The notes under the pieces are model-generated. The model saw only the letters and a list, made by a program, of their open reading frames with translations, did not search any database and was not told the DNA's origin. The translations under genes and the position numbers were made by a program. Below, piece by piece: positions 13,901 through 27,900 of a DNA stretch of 64,000 nucleotides. This stretch comes from Eledone cirrhosa (Eukaryota), in NCBI GenBank assembly GCA_964016885.1, contig OZ024740.1, forward strand, positions 13,144,001 through 13,208,000, read 5' to 3'. Every line of letters starts with the position of its first letter. Positions within the stretch are counted from its first letter, which is position 1.

Positions 13901-16900
13901 TTAACACATACAGGTAGGTGTTGTAGTGTAGTGTGGTGCTAGGTAAACCCTGAGTTTTAATACACACAAGTAGGTGTTGTAGTGTAGTTTGGTTCTTAGT
14001 AAATCCTTAGTTTTAACACATATAAGTAGGTGTTGTAGTGTAGTGCTAGGTTAACCCAGAGATTTAGCAGATACAGTTAGGTGTTGTAGTGTAGTGTAGT
14101 TCTAGGTTAACACAGAGTTTTAACACATACAGGTAGGTGTTGTAGTGAAGTGTAGAGCTAGGTTAACCCAGAGTTTTAATACATACAGGTAGGTGTTGTA
14201 GTGTATTGCTAGGTTAACCCAGAGTTTAAACACATACAGGTAGGTGTTGTAGTGTAGTGCTAGGTTAACACAGAGTTTTAACACATACAGGTAGGTGTTG
14301 TAGTGTAGTGCTATGTTAACCCAGAGTTTTAACACATAGAGGTAGGTGTTGTAGTGTAGTGCTAGGTTAACCCAGAGTTTTAACACATACAGGTAGGTAT
14401 TGTAATGTAGTGCTAGGTTAACCCAGAGTTTTAACACATACAGTAGGTATTGTAGTGTAGTGCTAGGTTAACCCTGAGATTGAACACATAGAGGTAGGTG
14501 TTGTAGTGTAGTGATAGGTTAACCCAGAGTATTAACACATACAGGTAGGTGTTGTAGAGTAGTGTTGTGCTAGGTTAACCCAGAGTTTTAACACATATAG
14601 GTAGGTGTTGAAGTGTGGTGCTAGGTTAACCCAGAGTTTTAACACATACAGGTAGGTGTTGTAGTGTAGTACTAGGTTAACCCAGAGTTTTAACACCTAC
14701 AGGTAGGTGTTGTAGTGTAGTGTGGTGCTAGGTAAACCCTGAGTTTTAACACATACAGGTAGTTGTTGTATTGTAGTGTGGTGCTAGGTAAACCCTGAGT
14801 TTTAACACATACAGGTAGGTATTGTAGTGTAGTGCTAGGTTAACCTAGAGTTTTAACACATAGAGGTAGGTGTTGTAGTGTAGTGCTAGGTTAACCCACA
14901 GTTTTAAGACATACAAATAGGTGTTGTAGTGTAGTGCTAGGTTAACCCAGAGTTTTAACACATACAGGTAGGTGTGGTAGTGTAGTGCTAGGTTAACCCA
15001 GTTTTAACACATACAGGTAGGTATTGTAGTGTAGTGCTAGGTTAAGCCAGAGTTTTAAACATACAGGTAGGTGTTGTAGTGTAGTGCTAGGTTAACCCAG
15101 AGTTTTAACACATATAGATAGGTATTTTAGTGTAGTGCTAGGTTAACACAGAGTTTTAACACATACAGTAGGTATTGTAGTGTAGTGCTAAGCTAACCCA
15201 GAGTTTTGACACATACAGGTAGTTGTTGTAGTGTAGAGTGGTGCTAGGTTAACCAAGAGTTTTAACACATAGAGGTAGGTGTTTTAGTGTAGTGCTAGGT
15301 TAACCCAGAGTTTTAACATATAGAGGTAGGTGTTGTAGTGTAGTGCTAGGTTAACCCACAGTTTTAAGACATACAAATAGGTGTTGTAGTGTAGTGCTAG
15401 GTTAACCCAGAGTTTTAACACATACAGGTAGGTATTGTAGTGTAGTGCTAGGTTAAGCCAGAGTTTTAAACATACAGGTAGGTGTTGTAGTGTAGTGCTA
15501 GGTTAACCCAGAGTTTTAACACATATAGGTATGTATTTTAGTGTAGTGCTAGGTTAACACAGAGTTTTAACACATACAGTAGGTATTGTAGTGTAGTGCT
15601 AGGTTAACCCAGAGTTTTGACACATACAGGTAGTTGTTGTAGTGTAGTGTGGTGCTAGGTTAACCAAGAGTTTTAACACATAGAGGTAGGTGTTTTAGTG
15701 TAGTGCTAGGTTAACCCAGAGTTTTAACACATACAGGTAGTTGTTGTAGTGTAGTGTGGTGCTAGGTTAACACAGAGTTTTAACACATACAGGTAGGTGT
15801 TGTAGTGTAGTGTAGTGCTAGGTTAACGCAGAGTGTTAATACATACAGGTAGGTGTTGTAGTGTATTGCTAGGTTAACCCAGAGTTTAAACACATACAGG
15901 TAGGTGTTGTAGTGTAGTGCTAGGTTAACACAGAGTTTTAACACATACAGGTAGGTGTTGTAGTGTAGTGCTATGTTAACCCCGAGTTTTAACACATAGA
16001 GGTAGGTGTTGTAGTGTAGTGCTAGGTTAACCCAGAGTTTTAACACATACAGGTAGGTATTGTAATGTAGTGCTAGGTTAACCCAGAGTTTTAACACATA
16101 CAGTAGGTAATGTAGTGTAGTGCTAGGTTAACCCTGAGTTTGAACACATAGAGGTAGGTGTTGTAGTGTAGTGATAGATTAACCCAGAGTTTTAACACAT
16201 ACAGGTAGGTGTTGTAGAGTAGTGTGGTGCTAGGTTAACCCAGAGTTTTATCACATATAGGTAGGTGTTGTAGTGTGGTGCTAGGTTAACCCAGAGTTTT
16301 AACACGTACAGGTAGGTATTGTAGTGTAGTGCTAGGTTAACCCTGAGTTTTAACACATAGAGGTAGGTGTTGTAGTGTAGTACTAGGTTAACCCAGAGTT
16401 TTAACACCTACAGGTAGGTGTTGTAGTGTAGTGTGGTGCTAGGTAAACCCTGAGTTTTAACACATACAGGTAGTTGTTGTATTGTAGTGTGGTGCTAGGT
16501 AAACCCTGAGTTTTAACACATACAGGTAGGTATTGTAGTGTAGTGCTAGGTTAACCCAGAGTTTTAACATATACAGGTAGGTATTTTAGTGTAGTGCTAG
16601 GTTAACACAGAGTTTTAACACATACAGTAGGTATTGTAGTGTAGTGCTAGGTTAACCCAGAGTTTTTATACATACAGGTAGTTGTTGTAGTTTAGTGTGG
16701 TGCTAGGTTAACCAAGAGTTTTAACACATAGAGGTAGGTGTTTTAGTGTAGTGCTAGGTTAAACCTGAGTTTTAACACATACAGGTAGGCATTGTAGTGT
16801 AGTGCTAGGTTAACCCAGAGTTTTAACACATACAGGTAGGTATTTTAGTGTAGTGCTAGGTTAACACAGAGTTTTAACACATACAGGTAGGTGTTGTATT

Positions 16901-19900
16901 GTAGCGCTAGGTTAACCCAGAGTTTTAACAATATAAGTAGGTATTGTAGTGTAGTGCTAGGTTAAGCCAGAATTTAACACATACAGGTAGGTGTTGTAGT
17001 GTAGTGCTAGGTTACCCCAGAGTTTTAACACATACAGGTAGGCATTGTAGTGTAGTGCTAGGTTAATCCTGAGTTTTAACGCATACAGGTAGGTATTTTA
17101 GTGTAGTGCTAGGTAAACCCTGAGTTTAACACATACAGGTAGGTGTTGTAGTGTAGTGTTAGGTTAACCCATAGTTTTAACACATACAGTTATGTGTTGT
17201 AGTGTAGTGCTAGGTTAATCCAGAGTTTTAACACATACAGGTAGGTGTTGTAGTGTAGTGTGGTGCTAGGTTAACCTAGAGTTTTAACACATACAGGTAG
17301 GTGTTGTAGTGTAGTGCTAGGTTAACCCAGAGTTTTAACACATACAGATAGGGATTGTAGTGTAGTGCTAGGTTAACCCAGAGTTTTAACACATACAGGT
17401 AGGTATTGTAGTGTAGTTCTAGGTTAACACAGAGTTTTAACACATACAGGAAGGTGATGTAGTGTAGTGCCAGGTTAACCGAGAGTTTTACCACATACAG
17501 GTAAGTGTTGTAGTGTAGTGCAAGGTTAATCCAGAGTTTTACCACATACAGGTAGCAGTTGTATTGTAGTGCTAGGTTAACCCAGAGTTTTAACACATAC
17601 AGGTATGTATTGTAGTGTAGTGCTAGGTTAACCCAGAATTTTAACACATAAAGGTAGGTGTTGTAGTGTAGTGCTAGGTTAACCCAGAGTCTTAACACAT
17701 ACAGGTAGGTGTCGTAGTGTTGTGTGGTGCTAGGTTAACCCAGAGTTTTAACACTTACAGGTAGGTGTTGTAGTGTAGTGTGGTGCTAGATTAACCCAGA
17801 GTTGAACACATACAGGCAGGTGTTTAGTGTAGTGTGGTGCTAGGTGAACCCTGAGTTTTAACTCATACAGGTAGGTATTGTAGTGTAGTGCTAGGTAAAC
17901 CCAGTATTTTAACACATACAGGTAGGTGTTGTAGTGTAGTGTGGTGCTAGGTAAACCCTGAGTTTTAACACACACAATTAGGTGTTGTAGTGTAGTGTGG
18001 TTCTTGGTAAATCCTTAGTTTTAACACATATAAGTAAGTGTTGTAGTGTAGTGCTAGGTTAACCCAGAGATTTAGCAGATACAGTTAGGTGTTGTAGTGT
18101 AGTGTAGTTCTAGGTTAACACAGAGTTTTAACACATACAGGTAGGTGTTGTAGTGAAGTGTAGTGCTAGGTTAACCCAGAGTTTTAATACATACAGGTAG
18201 GTGTTGTAGTGTATTGCTAGGTTAACCCAGAGTTTAAACACATACAGGTAGGTGTTGTAGTGTGGTGCTAGGTTAACACAGAGTTTTAACACATACAGGT
18301 AGGTGTTGTAGTGTAGTGCTATGTTAACCCAGAGTTTTAACACATAGAGGTAGGTGTTGTAGTGTAGTGCTAGGTTAACCCAGAGTTTTAACACATACAG
18401 GTAGGTATTGTAATGTAGTGCTAGGTTAACCCAGAGTTTTAACACATACAGTAGGTATTGTAGTGTAGTGCTAGGTTAACCCTGAGTTTGAACACATAGA
18501 GATAGGTGTTGTAGTGTAGTGATAGGTTAACCCAGAGTATTAACACATACAGGTAGGTGTTGTAGAGTAGTGTTGTGCTAGGTTAACCCAGAGTTTTAAC
18601 ACATATAGGTAGGTGTTGAAGTGTGGTGCTAGGTTAACCCAGAGTTTTAACACATACAGGTAGGTGTTGTAGTGTAGTGCTAGGGTAAGCCTGAGTTTTA
18701 ACACATACAGGTAGGTATTGTAGTGTAGTGCTAGTTAAACCCTGAGTTTAACACATACAGGTAGGTGTTGTAGTGTAGTGCTAGGTTAACCCTGAGTTTT
18801 AACACATAGAGGTAGGTGTTGTAGTATAGTACTAGGTTAACCCAGAGTTTTAACACCTACAGGTAGGTGTTGTAGTGTAGTGTGGTGCTAGGTAAACCCT
18901 GAGTTTTAACACATACAGGTAGTTGTTGTATTGTAGTGTGGTGCTAGGTAAACCCTGAGTTTTAACACATACAGGTAGGTATTGTAGTGTAGTGCTAGGT
19001 TAACCCAGAGTTTTAACACATAGAGGTAGGTGTTGTAGTGTAGTGCTAGGTTAACCCACAGTTTTAAGACATACAAATAGGTGTTGTAGTGTAGTGCTAG
19101 GTTAACCCAGAGTTTTAACACATACAGGTAGGTGTGGTAGTGTAGTGCTAGGTTAACCCAGAGTTTTAACACATACAGGTAGGTATTGTAGTGTAGTGCT
19201 AGGTTAATCCAGAGTTTTAAACATACAGGTAGGTGTTGTTGTGTAGTGCTAGGTTAACCCAGAGTTTTAACACATATAGGTAGGTATTTTAGTGTAGTGC
19301 TAGGTTAACACAGAGTTTTAACACATACAGTAGGTATTGTAGTGTAGTGCTAAGCTAACCCAGAGTTTTGACACATACAGGTAGTTGTTGTAGTGTAGAG
19401 TGGTGCTAGGTTAACCAAGAGTTTTAACACATAGAGGTAGGTGTTTTAGTGTAGTGCTAGGTTAACACAGAGTTTTAACACATAGAGGTAGGTGTTGTAG
19501 TGTAGTGCTAGGTTAACCCACAGTTTTAAGACATACAAATAGGTGTTGTAGTGTAGTGCTAGGTTAACCCAGAGTTTTAACACATACATATAGGTGTGGT
19601 AGTGTAGTGCTAGGTTAACCCAGAGTTTTAACACATACAGGTAGGTATTGTAGTGTAGTGCTAGGTTAAGCCAGAGTTTTAAACATACAGGTAGGTGTTG
19701 TAGTGTAGTGCTAGGTTAACCCAGAGTTTTAACACATACAGGTAGTTGTTGTAGTGTAGTGTGGTGCTAGGTTAACCAAGAGTTTTAACACATACAGGTA
19801 GGTATTGTAGTGTAGTGCTAGGTTAACCCAGAGTTTTAACACATACAGGTAAGTGTTGAAGTGTAGTGCAAGGTTAATCCAGAGTTTTACCACATACAGG

Positions 19901-22000
19901 TAGGTGTTGTATTGTAGTGCTAGGTTAACCCAGAGTTTTAACACATACAGGTAGGTGTTGTAGTGTAGTGTGGTGCTAGGTAAACCCAGAGTTTTAACAC
20001 ACACAAGTAGGTGTTGTAGTGTAGTGTGGTGCTTGGTAAATCCTTAGTTTTAACACATATAAATAGGTGTTGTAGTGTAGTGCTAGGTTAACCCAGAGTT
20101 TTAGCAGATACAGTTAGGTGTTGTAGTGTAGTGTAGTTCTAGGTTAACACAGAGTTTTAACACATACAGGTAGGTGTTGTAGTGTAGTGTAGTGCTAGGT
20201 TAACCCATAGTTTTAATACATACAGGTAGGTGTTGTAGTGTATTGCTAGGTTAACCCAGAGTTTAAACACATACAGGTAGGTGTTGTAGTGTAGTGCTAG
20301 GTTAACACAGAGTTTTAACACATACAGGTAGGTGTTGTAGTGTAGTGCTATGTTAACACAGAGTATTAACACATAGAGGTAGGTGTTGTAGTGTAGTGCA
20401 AGGTTAAACCAGAGTTTTAACACATACAGGTAGGTATTGTAATGTAGTGCTAGGTTAACCCAGAGTTTTAACACATACAGTAGGTATTGTAGTGTAGTGC
20501 TAGGTTAACCCTGAGTTTGAACACATAGAGGTAGGTGTTGTAGTGTAGTGATAGGTTAACCCAGAGTTTTAACACATACAGGTAGGTGTTGTAGAGTAGT
20601 GTGGTGGTAGGTTAACCCAGAGTTTTATCACATATAGGTAGGTGTTGTAGTGTGGTGCTAGGTTAACCCAGAGTTTTAACACATACAGGTAGGCGTTGTA
20701 GTGTAGTGCTAGGTAAACACTGAGTTTAACACATAGAGGTAGTTGTTGTAGTGTAGTGTGGTGCTAGGTTAACCAAGAGTTTTAACACATAGAGGTAGGT
20801 GTTTTAGTGTAGTGCTAGGTTAACCCTGAGTTTTAACACATACAGGTAGGCATTGTAGTGTAGTGCTAGGTTAACCCAGAGTTTTAACACATACAGGTAG
20901 GTATTTTAGTGTAGTGCTAGGTTAACACAGAGTTTTAACACATACAGGTAGGTGTTGTATTGTAGCGCTAGGTTAACCCAGAGTTTTAACAATATAAGTA
21001 GGTATTGTAGTGTAGTGCTAGGTTAAGCCAGAATTTAACACATACAGGTAGGTGTTGTAGTGTAGTGCTAGGTTACCCCAGTGTTTTAACACATACAGGT
21101 AGGCATTGTAGTGTAGTGCTAGGTTAATCCTGAGTTTTAACGCATACAGGTAGGTTTTGTAGTGTAGTGCTAGGTAAACCCTGAGTTTAACACATACAGG
21201 TAGGTGTTGTAGTGTAGTGTTAGGTTAACCCATAGTTTTAACACATACAGTTATGTGTTGTAGTGTAGTGCTAGGTTAACGCAGAGTTTTAACACATACA
21301 GGTAGGTGTTGTAGTGTAGTGTGGTGCTAGGTTAACCTAGAGTTTTAACACATACAGGTAGGTGTTGTAGTGTAGTGCTAGGTTAACCCAGAGTTTTAAC
21401 ACATACAGGTAGGGATTGTAGTGTAGTGCTAGGTTAACCCAGAGTTTTAACACATACAGGTAGGTATTGTAGTGTAGTTCTAGGTTAACACAGAGTTTTA
21501 ACACATACAGGAAGGTGTTGTAGTGTAGTGCCAGGTTAACCCAGAGTTTTAACACATACAGGTAGGTGTTGTAGTGTAGTGTAGTGCAAGGTTAATCCAG
21601 AGTTTTACCACATACAGGTAGGAGTTGTATTGTAGTGCTACGTTAACCCAGAGTTTTAACACATACAGGTATGTATTGTAGTGTAGTGTAGTGCAAGGTT
21701 AATCCAGAGTTTTACCACATACAGGTAGGAGTTGTATTGTAGTGCTACGTTAACCCAGAGTTTTAACACATACAGGTATGTATTGTAGTGTAGTGCTAGG
21801 TTAACCCAGAATTTTAACACATAAAGGTAGGTGTTGAAGTGTGGTGCTAGGTTAACCCAGAGTTTTAACAAATACAGGTAGGTGTTGTAGTGTAGTGCTA
21901 GGGTAAGCCTGAGTTTTAACACATACAGGTAGGTGTTGTAGTGTAGTGCTAGGTTAACCCAGAGTTTTAACACATAGAGGTAGGTGTTGAAGTGTAGTGC
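5000..22000. repeat. Sub-domain A: imperfect higher-order repeat with a ~3.9-4.0 kb period (about 4 copies); boundaries approximate
   Basis: GGTTAACGCAGAGTGTTAATAC occurs at 7881, 11916 and 15821. GTAGCGCT..ACAATATAAG occurs at 5684, 9011, 13046, 16901 and 20962. GGTGAACCCTG occurs at ~6630, 9902, 13835 and 17843. Matching pseudo-ORFs lie at 9807/13740/17748 and 7840/11875/15780. Confidence 0.85.
21570..21795. repeat. Dimer (107-bp) tandem duplication
   Basis: GCAAGGTTAATCC..GGAGTTGTATTGTAGTGCTACGTTAACC occurs at 21586 and 21693 (51+56 bp). Confidence 0.85.
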
Positions 22001-22384
22001 TAGGTTAACCCACAGTTTTAAGACATACAGTTAGGTGTTGTAGTGTAGTGTAGTTCTAGGTTAACACAGAGTTTTAACACATACAGGTAGGTGTTGTAGT
22101 GAAGTGTAGTGCTAGGTTAACCCAGAGTTTTAATGCATACAGGTAGGTGTTGTAGTGTATTGCTAGGTTAACCCAGAGTTTAAACACATACAGGTAGGTG
22201 TTGTAGTGTAGTGCTATGTTAACCCAGAGTTTTAACACATAGAGGTAGGTGTTGTAGTGTAGTGCTAGGTTAACCCAGAGTTTTAACACATACAGGTAGG
22301 TATTGTAATGTAGTGCTAGGTTAACCCAGAGTTTTAACACATACAGTAGGTATTGTAGTGTAGTGCTAGGTTAACCCTGAGTAT

Positions 22385-23135
22385 TAACACATACAGGTAG
22401 GTGTTGTAGAGTAGTGTGGTGCTAGGTTAACCCAGAGTTGTAACACATATAGGTAGGTGTTGAAGTGTGGTGCTAGGTTAACCCAGAGTTTTAACACATA
22501 CAGGTAGGTGTTGTAGTGTAGTGCTAGGTAAACCCTGAGTTTAAAACATACAGGTAGGTGTTGTAGTGTAGTGCTAGGTTAACCCTGAGTTTTAACACAT
22601 ACAGGTAGGCGTTGTAGTGTAGTGCTAGGTAAACCCTGAGTTTAACACATACAGGTAGGTGTTGTAGTGTAGTGCTAGGTTAACCCTGAGTTTTAACACA
22701 TAGAGGTAGGTGTTGTAGTGTAGTGTGGTGCTAGGTAAACCCTGAGTTTTAACAGATACAGGTAGTTGTTGTATTGTAGTGTGGTGCTAGGTTAACCAAG
22801 AGTTTTAACACATAGAGGTAGGTGTTTTAGTGTACTGCTAGGTTAACCCAGAGTTTTAACACATACAGGTAGGTGTTGTAGAGTAGTGTGGTGCTAGGTT
22901 AACCCAGAGTTGTAACACATATAGGTAGGTGTTGAAGTGTGGTGCTAGGTTAACCCAGAGTTTTAACACATACAGGTAGGTGTTGTAGTGTAGTGCTAGG
23001 TAAACCCTGAGTTTAAAACATACAGGTAGGTGTTGTAGTGTAGTGCTAGGTTAACCCTGAGTTTTAACACATACAGGTAGGCGTTGTAGTGTAGTGCTAG
23101 GTAAACCCTGAGTTTAACACATACAGGTAGGTGTT
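22385..23135. repeat. Local duplication of ~5 monomers with a 472-bp offset
   Basis: GAGTTGTAACACATATAGG occurs at 22435 and 22907, and GAGTTTAAAACATAC at 22537 and 23009, followed by the same GGTAGGCGTTG monomer. Confidence 0.8.
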
Positions 23136-24999
23136 GTAATGTAGTGCTAGGTTAACCCACAGTTTTAAGACATACAAATAGGTGTTGTAGTGTAGTGCTA
23201 GGTTTACCCTGAGTTTTAACACATACAGGTAGTTGTTGTAGTGCAGTGTGGTGCTAGGTTAACCAAGAGTTTTAACACATAGAGGTAGGTGTTTTAGTGT
23301 ACTGCTAGGTTAACCCAGAGTTTTAACACATAGAGGTAGGTGTTGTAGTGTAGTGCTAGGTTAACCCACAGTTTTAAGACATACAAATAGGTGTTGTAGT
23401 GTAGTGCTAGGTTTACCCAGAGTTTTAACACATACAGGTAGGTGTGGTAGTGTAGTGCTAGGTTAACCCTGAGTTTTAACACATACAGGTAGGTATTGTA
23501 GTGTAGTGCTAGGTTAAGCCAGAGTTTTAAACATACAGGTAGGTGTTGTAGTGTAGTGCTAGGTTAACCCAGAGTTTTAACACATATAGGTAGGTATTTT
23601 AGTGTAGTGCTAGGTTAACCCAGAGTTTTGACACATACAGGTAGTTGTTGTAGTGTAGTGTGGTGCTAGGTTAACCAAGAGTTTTAACACATAGAGGTAG
23701 GTGTTTTAGTGTAGTGCTAGGTTAACCCAGACTTTTAACACATACAGGTAGTTGTTGTAGTGTAGTGTGGTGCTAGGTTAACCAAGAGTTTTAACACATA
23801 CAGGTAGGTATTGTAGTGTAGTTCTAGGTTAACACAGAGTTTTAACACATACAGGAAGGTGTTTTAGTGTAGTGCCAGGTTAACCGAGAGTTTTACCACA
23901 TACAGGTAGGTGTTGTATTGTAGTGCTAGGTTAACCCAGAGTCTTAACACATAAAGGTAGGTGTCGTAGTGTAGTGTGGTGCTAGGTTAACCCATAGTTT
24001 TAACACTTACAGGTAGGTGTTGTAGTGTAGTGTGGTGCTAGGTTAACCCAGATTTGAACACATACAGGCAGGTGTAGTGTGGTGCTAGGTAAACCCTGAG
24101 TTTTAACTCATACAGGTAGGTATTGTAGTGTAGTGCTAGGTAAACCCAGAGTTTTAACACATACAGGTAGGTGTTGTAGTGTAGTGTGGTGCTAGGTAGA
24201 CCCTGAGTTTTAACACATACAGGTAGGTATTGTAGTATAGTACTAGGTTAACCCAGAGTTTTAACACATACAGTTAGCTGTTGTAGTGTAGTGCTAGGTT
24301 AACCCAGAGTTTTAACACATACAGGTAGGTGTTGTAGTGTAGTGTGGTGCTAGGTAAACCCTGAGTTTTAACACACACAATTAGGTGTTGTAGTGTAGTG
24401 TGGTGCTTGGTAAATCCTTAGTTTTAACACATATAAATAGGTGTTGTAGTGTAGTGCTAGGTTAACCCAGAGTTTTAGCAGATACAGTTAGGTGTTGTAG
24501 TGTAGTGTAGTTCTAGGTTAACACAGAGTTTTAACACATACAGGTAGGTGTTGTAGTGTAGTGTAGTGCTAGGTTAACCCAGAGTTTTAATACATACAGG
24601 TAGGTGTTGTAGTGTATTGCTAGGTTAACCCAGAGTTTAAACACATACAGGTAGGTGTTGTAGTGTAGTGCTAGGTTAACACAGAGTTTTAACACATACA
24701 GGTAGGTGTTGTAGTGTAGTGCTATGTTAACCCAGAGTTTTAACACATAGAGTTAGGTGTTGTAGTGTAGTGCTAGGTTAAACCAGACTTTTAACACATA
24801 CAGGTAGGTATTGTAATGTAGTGCTAGGTTAACCCAGAGTTTTAACACATACAGTAGGTATTGTAGTGTAGTGCTAGGTTAACCCTGAGTTTGAACACAT
24901 AGAGGTAGGTGTTGTAGTGTAGTGATAGGTTAACCCAGAGTTTTAACACATACAGGTAGGTGTTGTAGAGTAGTGTGGTGCTAGGTTAACCCAGAGTTT

Positions 25000-27900
25000 T
25001 AACACATATAGGTAGGTTTTGTAGTGTGGTGCTAGGTAAACCCAGAGTTTAACACATACAGGTAGGTGTTGTAGTGTAGTGCTAGGTTAACCCTGAGTTT
25101 TAACACATAGATGTAGGTGTTGTAGTGTAGTACTAGGTTAACCCAGAGCTTTAACACCTACAGGTAGGTGTTGTAGTGTAGTGTGGTGCTAGGTAAACCC
25201 TGAGTTTTAAAACATACAGGTAGTTGTTGTATTGTAGTGTGGTGCTAGGTAAATCCTGAGTTTTAACAAATACAGGTAGGTATTGTAGTGTAGTGCTAGG
25301 TTAACCCAGAGTTTTAACACATACAGGTAGGTGTTGTAGTGTAGTGCTAGGTTAACCCAGAGTTTTAACACATACAGGTAGGGGTTGTAGTGTAGTGCTA
25401 GGTTAACCCACAGTTTTAAGACATACAAGTAGGTGTTGTAGTGTAGTGCTAGGTTAACCCAGAGTTTTAACACATACAGGTAGGTGTTGTAGTGTAGTGC
25501 TAGGTTAACCCAGAGTTTTAACACATACAGGTAGGTGTTGTAGTGTGGTGCTAGGTTAACCCAGAGTTTTAACTCATACAGGTAGGTATTGTGGTGTAGT
25601 GCTAGGTTAACCCAGAGTTTAACACATACAGGTAGGTATTGTAGTGTAGTGCTAGGTTAACCCAGAGTTTTAACACATACAGTTAGGTATTGTAGTGTAG
25701 TGCTAGGTTAACCCAGAGTTTTAACACATACAGGTAGGTATTGTAGTGTAGTGCTAGGTTAACACAGAGTTTTAACAGATACAGATAGGTATTTCAGTGT
25801 AGTGCTAGGTTAACACAGAGTTTTAACACATACAGTAGGTATTGTAGTGTAGTGCTAGGTTAACCCAGAGTTTTAATACATACAGGTAGGTGTTGTAGTG
25901 TATTGCTAGGTTAACCCAGAGTTTAAACACATACAGGTAGGTGTTGTAGTGTAGTGCTAGGTTAACACAGAGTTTTAACACATACAGGTAGTTGTTGTAG
26001 TGTAGTGCTATGTTAACCCAGAGTTTTAACACATAGAGGTAGGTGTTGAAGTGTAGTGCTAGTTTAACCCAGAGTTTTAACACATACAGGTAGGTATTGT
26101 AGTGTAGTACTAGGTTAAGCAAGAGTTTTAAAACATACAGGTAGGTGTTGTAGTGTAGTGCTAGGTTAAACCAGAGTTTTAACTCATACAGGTAGGTATT
26201 GTAGTGTAGTGCTAGGTTAACCCAGAGTTTTAACACATACAGGTAGGTATTGTAATGCAGTGCTAGGTTAACCCAGAGTTTTAACACATACAGTAGGTAT
26301 TGTAGTGTAGTGCTAGGTTAACCCTGAGTTTGAACACATAGAGGTAGGTGTTGTAGTGTAGTGCTAGGTTAACCCAGAGATTTAACACATACAGGCAGAT
26401 GTCGTAGTGTAGTGCTAGGGTAACCCTGAGTTTTAACACATACAGATAGGTGTTGTAGTGTAGTGCTAGGTAAAATCTGAGTTTAACACATACAGGTAGG
26501 TGTTGTAGAGTAGTGCTAGGTTAACCCTGAGTTTTAACACATACAGGTAGGTGTGGTAGTGTAGTATGGTGCTAGGTAAACCCTTACTTTTAACACATAC
26601 AGGTAGGTGTTGTAGTGTAGTGTGGTGCTAGGTAAACCCTGAGTTTTAACACATACAGGTAGGTGTTGTAGTGTAGTGCTAGGTTAACTCTGAGTTTTAA
26701 CACATACAGGTAGGTGTTGTAGTGTAGTGCTAGGTAAACCCTGAGTTTAACACATACAGGTAGGTGTTGTATTGTAGTGCTAGGTTAACCCAAAGTTTTA
26801 ACACATACAGGTAGGTATTGTAGTGTAGTGCTAGGTTAACCCAGAGTTGTAACACATACAGGTAGGTATTGTAGTGTAGTGCTAGGATAACCCAGAGTTT
26901 TAACACATAAAGGTAGGTGTTGTATTGTAGTGCTAGGTTAACCCAGAGTTTTAGCACATACAGGTAGGTGTCGTAGTGTAGTGTGGTGCTAGGTTAACCC
27001 AGAGTTTTAACACAAACAAATAGGTGTTGTAGTGTAGTGTGGTGCTAGGTAAATCCTTAGTTTTAACACATATAAGTAGGTGTTGTAGTGTAGTGCTAGG
27101 TTAACCCTGAGTTTTAACACATAGAGGTAGGTGTTGTAGTGTAGTACTAGGTTAACCCAGAGTTTTAACACCTACAGGTAGGTGTTGTAGTGTAGTGTGG
27201 TGCTAGGTAAACCCTGAGTTTTAAAACATACAGGTAGTTGTTGTATTGTAGTGTGGTGCTAGGTAAATCCTGAGTTTTAACACATACAGGTAGGTATTGT
27301 AGTGTAGTGCTAGGTTAACCCAGAGTTTTAACACATAGAGGTAGGTGTTGTAGTGTAGTGCTAGGTGAACCCAGAGTTTTAACACATACAGGTAGGTGTT
27401 GTAGGGTAGTGCTAGGTTAACCCACAGTTTTAAGACATACAAGTAGGTGTTGTAGTGTAGTGCTAGGTTAACCCAGAGTTTTAACACATACAGGTAGGTG
27501 TTGTAGTGTAGTGCTAGATTAACCCAGAGTTTTAACACATACAGGTAGGTGTTGTAGAGTAGTGTGGTGCTAGGTTAACCCAGAGTTTTAACAGATATAG
27601 GTAGGTTTTGTAGTGTGGTGCTAGGTAAACCCAGAGTTTAACACATACAGGTAGGTGTTGTAGTGTAGTGCTAGGTTAACCCTGAGTTTTAACACATAGA
27701 GGTAGGTGCTGTAGTGTAGTACTAGGTTAACCCAGAGTTTTAACACCTACAGGTAGGTGTTGTAGTGTAGTGTGGTGCTAGGTAAACCCTGAGTTTTAAA
27801 ACATACAGGTAGTTGTTGTATTGTAGTGTGGTGCTAGGTAAATCCTGAGTTTTAACACATACAGGTAGGTATTGTAGTGTAGTGCTAGGTTAACCCAGAG

